DNA from: Acaryochloris marina S15
Lineage (GTDB): Bacteria > Cyanobacteriota > Cyanobacteriia > Thermosynechococcales > Thermosynechococcaceae
Length of the DNA stretch: 32,000 bases
Assembly: GCF_018336915.1 (NCBI RefSeq)
Contig: NZ_CP064923.1
Location: forward strand, 3,420,001 to 3,452,000
Direction of reading: 5' to 3'
Within the stretch, counting starts at the first letter, position 1. Each line of letters begins with the position of its first letter. The notes beneath the pieces are model-generated. The model worked only from the letters and a program-made list of their open reading frames with translations, had not been told where the DNA came from and did not search any database. Position numbers and translations under genes: made by a program. Positions 18,001 through 25,984 of the stretch are shown piece by piece.

Positions 18001-19401
18001 TTAGGCAATTCTCCAAACAACTAACCAGATCACAGGAATACTACCGATTAACGTCGCTAGTACAAGGCGTAATTGACTATTTTGACGCTGAACTTGCTGC
18101 CATATTTTGGAATAAGGAACGTCAGCATCCCCAAGTTGAAAAAGAGCATATTTATGAAACCATCTGGGGAGTAATTTATGCAGAAACATCAGGATCACTA
18201 CTTTGGTGATAAACAGGATGCTGCTTGCTCGTTTATTCCCCCCAAAGCCAATTTCCGATAGCTGAGCCACTGCGTCCGTATCGGGCTTCCGGGCCGCCGT
18301 ATAGGCTGGTAAAGCGAGGGATAAATCTCCTTTGGTTTGGGTCAATATCTCAGCAAACATGCGGCAGCTTTCTAAGGCGACATTACAACCTTGCCCCAAC
18401 GAGGGCCACACCGAGTGGGCTGCATCTCCCAATAAAACGACGCAGTCACCTTCAAATCGATTGCACTGAGTGGTGATTCCTCCATGGGCCGCCTTTTGGG
18501 CCAATAAATCTTGGGTAAACTGCGGCGGTAAACCCGCTTGTTCTAGATGGGGAAAAACATCAGGAAACTTCTCTTTAAATAGGGCTAATACATCTGCTTC
18601 TGATTGAAGGGTCTCATAAGTGATGTCTCCGACTTGGGGCAAAATTAATACTCCTTTGAGAGAGCCATCGGTACTAGGGGGAGCGAGTAATGTCAGGGGT
18701 TGGGCATTAGGCCATGTATGAAAACTTGCTGCCCACTTTTCTTCTGCACCGGGTAAATCTTTTGCGAACCCTAAATCACAGATTTTGTACATCATGTCGT
18801 CTTGGTTTTGCCGAACTTCGAATCCTTGAAGCTGTGATTCCATAGCAGTCCTGACAGTGCTGAAGCCCCCATCTGCACCAATCAATAAGTCAAAGTTTTG
18901 CTGCTGTTGGTCTTGTTTGCCTTGAAACAACGCCGTCTTATCCTGAAAATTGACCTGCAACAGGGTTTGATCAAAGTGATATTGAATGTTTTCTGGAAAG
19001 CGATGCTGCCCCTCTGAAATGAGAACTTGAGCTAGGGTAGCGCGATCGACTGACACAGCATCACGAAACCCTTTCCCTAAGGCTCCCCCTTTGGCCGTAT
19101 GTCGAACATTCCCTTGGAGAAGCACCTGTTTGTCTGGCGGTAGCTCCACTCCAATATCTGTCAGGGCTTTCCGCCCCCGACGGCTCAAGATGATATTAAA
19201 TGAACGTCGATTGCTAGACGCTTTAAACTCAGCACTGTGCCGCTCGTAAACAGAGACGTGCCAACCCATTTTGGCTAAATATAAGGCAGCCAGTGCGCCA
19301 GTTGGCCCACCCCCCACAATCACAACTTTTCTTCCCTCAGGGGATGGTGAAGTATTCGCGGATAGAGTCTCTACCATGCTTGAGTTCCAGCGCTGATCCA
19401 C
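18001..19401 (-). CDS. kmo: Kynurenine 3-monooxygenase-like FAD-dependent monooxygenase with C-terminal membrane anchor
   Basis: 466-aa ORF (GTG at 19401; alternative ATG at 19378). It has the FAD dinucleotide fold [14 protein letters not shown]. Blocks [76 protein letters not shown] and the FLHKLLP... tail are colinear with the human KMO blocks [55 protein letters not shown] and [20 protein letters not shown]. The last ~21 aa ([21 protein letters not shown]) are hydrophobic. Confidence 0.7.
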   Translation of the reverse strand: [466 protein letters not shown]

Positions 19402-19513
19402 CTCATCTTATAGTGCTATCGGTGGCATCTTAGGATAACGAACTTAATAACACCGGAAAATATAGTTGAACACGACTCTCCCTCCTATCCTCCACAGCCT
19501 TAACGCCACTGAT

Positions 19514-19667
19514 GCCCCCTAAATCCCCCATTCTGGGGGACTTGTCTGCTCGACCCACACAGGATCTGTGACAGAGTTGAACCTCAACAGCTCTAGAGAT
19601 CTCACTGTCTAGATTCATTAGCCTATATCTAGGCTCAAAGTCCCCCAGAATGGGGGATTTAGGGGGC
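19514..19667. mobile_element. MITE-like element / large hairpin: perfect 30-bp terminal inverted repeats around a 94-bp core
   Basis: gccccctaaatcccccattctgggggactt (19514-19543) is the exact reverse complement of aagtcccccagaatgggggatttagggggc (19638-19667). Each arm also contains its own mini-hairpin (tccccca-ttc-tggggga). I found no transposase and no clear target-site duplication. Confidence 0.55.
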
Positions 19668-19967
19668 GCTTGCAAAAGCTGATGTTGTCAAAAGAGACGG
19701 CAGAAATCTCGGTATTACTCCCATCCCAGCATAAGATTGGGTATTCAGATTCTTGATAAATAAGAATTTCAATGATATTTAGATGCACGATCTTATGGCG
19801 GGAAGGGAGTAATCAATTTTCATTCCTTAGTGCTCATTTAGCATGATTAAAGCGAGGTGAGATTTGACACTCGGCTGCTGCTAACGGACTGTCCTTTTGA
19901 ACGTCGCTTCAATCAATTGTTCTGCACTACAGGATTAGAAGTTTCTTTTGCCTACTGCCACAAAAAT

Positions 19968-20564
19968 CTAATCCGCCTCAGTTGATTCTGCTTGGTGACG
20001 CTCTGCAAACTCAACCCACAATAGCCCCCCAAAAGGAACTTGCCCAAAGCCCGGTTCATATTGGTCAAGAACCTTACTGGCATCGTCAATCAGCACCTTT
20101 TCGACAGAAAGATGATGCACTGTGTAAGGCGTATTGACAAAGGGAGCGTCCAGGCGATGTCTGAATGGCTCATCGAGTAGAAAAGATTCAATCAGGCCAT
20201 GGGAATTACCGCTATGGTTACCCCCCTTCAGGTCCCATTCTTGACTCTGAATTGCCGCCTTCGCAAGATACGTTGAAATCCATGGATAATCTGCTATATC
20301 TCCCAGGTACATTCCTTCAAGGGGGGCTGCATTAACATCACGCTTACTTAGCCATTTTTGAATCGATATTCGATAGTTCTCTTCGTCAAAGGTGCAGCCG
20401 AATTCTCGTCCCCGCAGTCTAAATCCCGTTGCAGAGGGGTCGCCATCAATAATAGGGGTACATTGATTGCTATTCCAATGGTTTAACCCACCTCCCGAAA
20501 TAAAGTACCAAACCCCAAGGGTAACGAGAAATACTGGCATCGACTCATCATCCTTTTTGAGCAA
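19968..20564 (-). CDS. Hypothetical protein, no recognisable domain
   Basis: 198-aa ORF (TTG at 20564; more likely ATG at 20540, preceded by aaaaaggatgatgag). It has an N-terminal hydrophobic segment PVFLVTLGVWYFISGG. I recognise no motif in the rest. Confidence 0.55.
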   Translation of the reverse strand: MLKKDDESMPVFLVTLGVWYFISGGGLNHWNSNQCTPIIDGDPSATGFRLRGREFGCTFDEENYRISIQKWLSKRDVNAAPLEGMYLGDIADYPWISTYLAKAAIQSQEWDLKGGNHSGNSHGLIESFLLDEPFRHRLDAPFVNTPYTVHHLSVEKVLIDDASKVLDQYEPGFGQVPFGGLLWVEFAERHQAESTEAD

Positions 20565-20696
20565 GATATTTCAAGTCTAGCGAAAGCTATTTCGCCAGTT
20601 GGTCAAAAAGTTAAGTGCTATTGCCAAAATGTCTGGATTTCAGGCTCTTAGAGTTTAAACTGCTTTTCTGATCAACGTGAAACTAACACGATGTCA

Positions 20697-22409
20697 TTAG
20701 CGAGATTTGAGCAAAGCTTGAGCCTTGGGATGCTCTAGTAATGCAGTGGCATCCTTCAATAATCGTTTGCCTAACATTTGGCTTAGAAATCCTTTATTCG
20801 TCCAGGTTCGTTCCAGTTGCCTAGCTGTTTTCAGTTTCTGTAGAGCCTCGTTTTCGCGACCTTGAGTTAATAATGTCGCACCAATCAACAAATGAGCACC
20901 GGCAGACTCTTCTGGGTCGGCTTTGATCGCAGTTTGCCAGTCTTGGATTGCCCCAGGCACTTCGGAATTCTCGTAGCGGGCAATCCCACGGTAAATATAG
21001 GTTTCACCCTCTTTAGGTTTAAACTGAATGGCTTGATCGTAATCGGCTAGTGCCTGAGCTACTTCTCCCTGTCGGAACTGCAGCCGACCTCGTGTTTGAT
21101 AGGCTTGGGCATAGGTCGGATCGATGGTGAGGGCTTGCTTGAGATCCATTATTGCACCGCGAATATCTTGCTCTAACCAGCGAGTGAACCCTCGATTTTT
21201 ATAAGCTTTGGCCAATCCCGGCTCTAAACGTAGGGCCTGATTAAAATCGTCAATGGCGTAGGCCCGAGCACCCGTATAGAAATGAGCTAAGCCGCGATTA
21301 TTGTAAGCATTGCCGTCTTGGGGATTGAGTTTGAGGGCTTCACTAAAATCTCTCACGGCCCGAGAAGCACTAGAATGCAAATTTTGATTGGGCCTGAGGG
21401 CTTGGGCTAGGTAGACTGCCCCCCGGCTATTGAAGAACAAAGCGTTGTAAGGATCGATGGCGATCGCATGGTTTAAATCCGCTAAAGCCTCAGCATAATT
21501 GCCTCGCTGGTAGTGGGCCAATCCTCGACCGTGTAGCGCTACGGCTTTGCGATCGCTCCCCAATACCTGATTAAACTTAGAGACCGCTTTGCTACTCTCT
21601 CCCTGGCCGAGAGCCTGTCCTGCTTCCACCAGAGCCTGATCCACTAAGGCGGGGGGAGCGAGTTTAGATGGAGGTGTTGCAAACCCCAATTCCAGCTTGG
21701 CATCTTCAGCTTTTTGCAAAAAAGTATTGATGGGAATGCCTAAGTTAAACCCTGTTTTGACATAAATATCTGGATTTAGATTCGGATTTTGAGCTTGAGG
21801 CGTTGTATCTGCTCGACCATGAATTCCAATCAGTTGACCTTGGCTATCAAGAACCGCGCCACCACTCATCCCTGGCAAAGTAGCATTGGAATAGACCAAT
21901 CCATACCCATCCCGTAAAGGTCGTGCAGCATTTGCCGTAATTTGTCCGGCCGTAAAGTTATAAACCACCTCGTTGATGGCGGCGGTCTTGCCTGGAAATC
22001 CGGCAACGTAGCAGGGCATGCCCGCAGAAATTTGCTGGGCATTGCCCACTTCAGCCACTTGATAGGACTGGCTACTAGAAAACTGAATCAACGCTAGATC
22101 GACATTGGACAGCTGCTGGATTGTTGTATTCGTAATTGGATGTCGAGCCCGATCGGGGGTGACAACCTCATAGGTATCCTCGCTTCCCACCACATGGGCA
22201 GCCGTTAATACGGTGTAGGTGTCCCCATCCTGTTTAATAATCACCCCGGATCCAGGCGCTTGGCTATCCACTCGGACTGTGATATTACGAGCAACCTTCG
22301 CAACCTCAGCCGCACTCAAGGCATGACTGATCTGGGGCTGTGCGATCACCGCAGCAACCCCAACCAAAACAACCGGAAGACCAGGAGCCAATTTCATCAT
22401 ATTGATCAC
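20697..22409 (-). CDS. Secreted trypsin-like (S1/S1C-type) serine protease fused to TPR repeats
   Basis: 570-aa ORF with a signal peptide (LAPGLPVVLVGVAAVIA). The catalytic triad context is LTAAHVV (His), DLALIQF (Asp), LPGMSGGAVL (Ser). The C-terminal half consists of about 7-8 TPR units (AxxDxxxAIxxDPxxAxAYxNRG). Confidence 0.85.
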   Translation of the reverse strand: MINMMKLAPGLPVVLVGVAAVIAQPQISHALSAAEVAKVARNITVRVDSQAPGSGVIIKQDGDTYTVLTAAHVVGSEDTYEVVTPDRARHPITNTTIQQLSNVDLALIQFSSSQSYQVAEVGNAQQISAGMPCYVAGFPGKTAAINEVVYNFTAGQITANAARPLRDGYGLVYSNATLPGMSGGAVLDSQGQLIGIHGRADTTPQAQNPNLNPDIYVKTGFNLGIPINTFLQKAEDAKLELGFATPPSKLAPPALVDQALVEAGQALGQGESSKAVSKFNQVLGSDRKAVALHGRGLAHYQRGNYAEALADLNHAIAIDPYNALFFNSRGAVYLAQALRPNQNLHSSASRAVRDFSEALKLNPQDGNAYNNRGLAHFYTGARAYAIDDFNQALRLEPGLAKAYKNRGFTRWLEQDIRGAIMDLKQALTIDPTYAQAYQTRGRLQFRQGEVAQALADYDQAIQFKPKEGETYIYRGIARYENSEVPGAIQDWQTAIKADPEESAGAHLLIGATLLTQGRENEALQKLKTARQLERTWTNKGFLSQMLGKRLLKDATALLEHPKAQALLKSR

Positions 22410-22635
22410 AATTGTGGTTGTTAATCACTATTAGCATGCCCGAATGCTCCCGTTGTAAGGCTTACCTGTCATAAACCGTAAGGATTTTCCCTCGACAAAA
22501 TCAAGAATTCTAGATTTCGTATCGTCCACCACTCAGGATCAACAATTCTGGTCATCAATATAAATCCGACTTTCCGACTTTTAAGTCCCGACTCTAGCCG
22601 ACTGACTTCTGGGTTGACCTTGCTTAGGCTAATGG

Positions 22636-23634
22636 ATGCAAGCTACCCCGGAGAGTGCCATGACTCCCACGTTATTGTTCAATCCCTCATTTCTTGAACA
22701 GTCCTCATCCACCCAGTCCTTTGAAACTGCTCCCATTTCACACCGCTTAAACAAATTGATTCAGACTTATCTGACAACTGATATCCTCAACGATCGGCTG
22801 CAGGAGTTACCCCAACAATTCCAAGATCCTCAACCCCGGCCTTGGCAACCGCTCGACTGGAATCACATTGAACCAAGTCAGATAAGGGGAATTGATCCCC
22901 TTATTTTTTTAGCTATTCTTGCGGGCAGTATTGACACAGAAGCCCCTATTCGTGGCTATACCCAAACCAGTCGTCAATACCTCAACCCTCTGCATCCACA
23001 AATGGCTCGGTTTGTGGGCGGTACCGTCAATGGCCAAGGAGACCTAGTTGAATTGGGACTCTGGGAAAGGGAAGAACGTCAACATTCTCCAGCTCTGCAG
23101 CGATTGTATACCCAGCTGTCTGGCTTAAAAATGATGCCTCTCCCCCACGATCCTAGACCTTATGAGCCCACGGATAATTCCCAGCAAGATCTGTTTGAGC
23201 ATGGCTTGCATCGAGTAGCGACGGAATATGGGGCCACCTGTCTGTATCTATGGTTAATGGCTCATTCTAGCGGTCCATTACATCAGGTATTAGCCGAGCT
23301 ATTGATCGACGAAATCAACCATATGACCAAATTTTGGGGCTTTGGGTGCTGGGCCTATCCCCACACCACTATGTTTAAGACTCTGATGACTTTACTTCGT
23401 CCCCAGTTGAGACCTACGCAACAAAAACCCATTAGTTTTAGTCGTACCCTAAAACGGATGATGCAAGTGCTCCACTGGGAAGCCTGGTCTCTTCCCAATA
23501 AGCTATCCCTCTTATGGACCTTTGTTTATGTTTTATGGCATCTGTGGCGGTGGGGCCGCTCTTTGAACATAAAGCAGCTTAATCGCTGGCTTGGGCAATC
23601 CCCAGAAGTCTCTTTTTCCTCCACTGGAGTTTAG
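22636..23634 (+). CDS. Di-iron carboxylate (ferritin-like) protein resembling soluble acyl-ACP desaturases
   Basis: 332-aa ORF with two ExxH motifs (E147-R-Q-H150, nt 23074-23085; E226-I-N-H229, nt 23311-23322) plus single Glu residues at 102 (nt 22939-22941) and 197. This gives an E...ExxH...E...ExxH spacing. Confidence 0.5.
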   Translation: MQATPESAMTPTLLFNPSFLEQSSSTQSFETAPISHRLNKLIQTYLTTDILNDRLQELPQQFQDPQPRPWQPLDWNHIEPSQIRGIDPLIFLAILAGSIDTEAPIRGYTQTSRQYLNPLHPQMARFVGGTVNGQGDLVELGLWEREERQHSPALQRLYTQLSGLKMMPLPHDPRPYEPTDNSQQDLFEHGLHRVATEYGATCLYLWLMAHSSGPLHQVLAELLIDEINHMTKFWGFGCWAYPHTTMFKTLMTLLRPQLRPTQQKPISFSRTLKRMMQVLHWEAWSLPNKLSLLWTFVYVLWHLWRWGRSLNIKQLNRWLGQSPEVSFSSTGV

Positions 23635-23778
23635 TTCTAGCCATTTTTATAGGGTCTTTTGTAGATTGTCTTCTTTCTGTTTACTCCATTAGACCTTGAC
23701 AATCCTGGTCAGAGATTGTTAGACAAAACTACTGACCGGGGAATGATTACGAACAGAGAATAACTTCCTCTGACTTGT

Positions 23779-24594
23779 ATGGGCTCCAGATTTAACCAAT
23801 TGATGTCACCGACACCTTCTGTATTAATGAACAACTTCGATTACGTTACTCGCCCTACAGATTTAGACCCCGATTGTTTACCCCAGCATGTTGCCGTCAT
23901 TATGGATGGCAACGGTCGCTGGGCTAAACGCCAAGGGTTTCCTCGGATTGCGGGTCATCGCCAAGGGGCACGGACCCTCAAAGATTTAGTGCGCTGCTGC
24001 AAAGACTGGGGCATTCCGACCCTGACAGCCTATGCCTTTTCTACGGAAAACTGGCGTCGCCCTCTAGAAGAAGTCGACTTTCTCTTGGTCTTGTTTGAAC
24101 GCCTTCTCCGCCAGGAACTGGCTGAAATGGATCGTGAAGGGGTACGGATTTCTTTTATTGGCGATTTGTCTCCCCTGCCGTCCTCTCTGCGGAAAGAAAT
24201 CGATCGAGCGGTCTTAGCAACGGCCAATAACCAAGCAGTGCATTTTAATGTGGCGGTCAATTATGGCAGTCGAGCAGAGCTGACCCAGGCCTGTCGCCAA
24301 ATTGCGGAGCAGGTTCAGTTGGGTAATATTGAGCCAGATGCAGTAGATGAGCAGCTGATTGAACAATATCTCTATACTGCTGGCACCCCTGATCCTGACC
24401 TGCTGATTCGTAGCAGCGGTGAACTCCGCTTGAGTAACTACCTGCTGTGGCAGTTGGCCTATACAGAGTTTTACTTTACGGATGTGTTCTGGCCCGATTT
24501 TGGCCGGGCAGCTTTTCATGAGGCTTTGCAGCACTACCAGATGCGCGATCGCAGATTTGGTACCGTAAAACTCAAGCAGCCCTGTGCAGGTTAG
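23779..24594 (+). CDS. uppS: Isoprenyl transferase / undecaprenyl-diphosphate synthase (cis-prenyltransferase)
   Basis: 271-aa ORF with [26 protein letters not shown] and [24 protein letters not shown], all hallmark UppS motifs. The true start is probably one of the internal Mets (MSPTPS or MNNFDY). Confidence 0.9.
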   Translation: MGSRFNQLMSPTPSVLMNNFDYVTRPTDLDPDCLPQHVAVIMDGNGRWAKRQGFPRIAGHRQGARTLKDLVRCCKDWGIPTLTAYAFSTENWRRPLEEVDFLLVLFERLLRQELAEMDREGVRISFIGDLSPLPSSLRKEIDRAVLATANNQAVHFNVAVNYGSRAELTQACRQIAEQVQLGNIEPDAVDEQLIEQYLYTAGTPDPDLLIRSSGELRLSNYLLWQLAYTEFYFTDVFWPDFGRAAFHEALQHYQMRDRRFGTVKLKQPCAG

Positions 24595-24639
24595 TTCGAG
24601 GGAAGAAGCGAAAGAGAGATCTTTTCCTCGGAGCTGGGC

Positions 24640-25203
24640 CTAGAATCGACCCTTACGCCGTAGGGAATTCAGTTCATCCTCCATCTTGTCCTTATGGGTA
24701 TCTGCCCCGGTCACTCTCAGGTAACCGAAGTACATGATCCCTGTCAGTCCCAGCAGTAAAAAGACAAGATACTGGAACGGAATAAATGAGAAAATCACGA
24801 TGCGCATGGATTTCAGCATCCATGCGAGCCCGAGATACCCTGCCGCAATCAAAGCGATACCCTGAACCATCCGGGCAACGGGGACTTGATTCAAGGGGAG
24901 GCGTTGCTTCGTGACCCAAAATGAAATGCCCACGTAGTAACAAGGAGCCAGCATCAACAGAATATCTGCTTCCTTCATCACCCGAGCCCAACCGCCATTG
25001 TGGGTGGCGAACAACACATAGCCAACCGCCAAAACCAAGCTCAAGAGGGCCATTCCTAAGTTAAAGCTCAATACAAAGGGTTCCTCTTTCTGACCTGGAA
25101 TCACCACACAGATCGCCAGTGCTATCCATGGGGCAAACAACATAATGACCAATAGCAACGGTTTGTACTGAGTCAAAAGCGAAAATAGGTCTTGAAAGGT
25201 CAT
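24640..25203 (-). CDS. Hypothetical integral membrane protein (about 5 TM helices)
   Basis: 187-aa ORF with strongly hydrophobic helical segments throughout and a basic C-terminal tail (LNSLRRKGRF). I recognise no family. Confidence 0.55.
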   Translation of the reverse strand: MTFQDLFSLLTQYKPLLLVIMLFAPWIALAICVVIPGQKEEPFVLSFNLGMALLSLVLAVGYVLFATHNGGWARVMKEADILLMLAPCYYVGISFWVTKQRLPLNQVPVARMVQGIALIAAGYLGLAWMLKSMRIVIFSFIPFQYLVFLLLGLTGIMYFGYLRVTGADTHKDKMEDELNSLRRKGRF

Positions 25204-25321
25204 CGTCCTTCCTTATGTGATGGGTTGCCTCCAACCCCAGTGTGCCCACCCACGGGAAACGAATGATGAGCAGCTGATTTCCCAAATTTAAGAATGAACG
25301 GTATCCGCTTAGAAGTGAAAG

Positions 25322-25885
25322 CTAACGCTTAAATTTCTTTTTGGGCTTCACTGCTTTCTGCACGCGCCAAGAGGTTTCGGTTCCCATTTGGCCGACCTTG
25401 GTAAAAACAAACCCATATCGCTCAAACTTAGGATACTTGCCCACTGAACGCCGAGAAAGACCGAGGGCCATGGATAAATCTGAAGTGGGTAACAACCACT
25501 CATGGGTAGCAGCCTTTTCCAATAAATCTAGGCGATTCATCAGCAGTTGTAAGGGGTCAGGCTGAGTCGCAAAAGCGTTTAAAAAAGCGGCGAAATTGGC
25601 ATTCTGACTGATAGGAGCGGTACCGTCGTCTACAGGAATGGTCAAGGCACCTGTCTCCACCGTTTTAGGCTGCTCCGTAAAGTCATGAATGGTTCCGCCT
25701 GCCTCAATATGATCGCCGAGGGCGTCTAAGCGCACGACATCAGCAGGGGTAACAAAGGCCCGCCGTCCCACTTTGGTGGGTTGTAATTCCAATGCCGACA
25801 AACGATTGTAGAGGGCTGATCGCTTGATGTTATAACGCTCTTGTAGCTGGCTGACAGGAATAAGTTCAGCAGAATCTTTGGCCAT
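25322..25885 (-). CDS. Hypothetical DNA-binding-like protein (HTH-like segments at both ends)
   Basis: 187-aa ORF. The N-terminal IPVSQLQERYNIKRSALYNRLSAL and C-terminal LPTSDLSMALGLSRRSVGKY resemble helix-turn-helix units, and the tail is basic (KPKKKFKR). This is a pattern-level call only. Confidence 0.45.
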   Translation of the reverse strand: MAKDSAELIPVSQLQERYNIKRSALYNRLSALELQPTKVGRRAFVTPADVVRLDALGDHIEAGGTIHDFTEQPKTVETGALTIPVDDGTAPISQNANFAAFLNAFATQPDPLQLLMNRLDLLEKAATHEWLLPTSDLSMALGLSRRSVGKYPKFERYGFVFTKVGQMGTETSWRVQKAVKPKKKFKR

Positions 25886-25984
25886 GATGTCTGAAAAACG
25901 TTGAGGAACCTTGTTAGCTTAGAATACTCAAAATTGAGGACTATGGCTAAGGGACCGTTGTTTTCCGTTACATCCAAACCCTCT

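Noticed and set aside
19430-19675. 81-aa ORF on the minus strand
   Set aside because: It spans both arms of the perfect 30-bp inverted repeat. Its peptide is mostly a read-through of the G/C runs (SPILGDF, GDLGG), it has no plausible start context, and I interpret it as an artefact of the repeat element.
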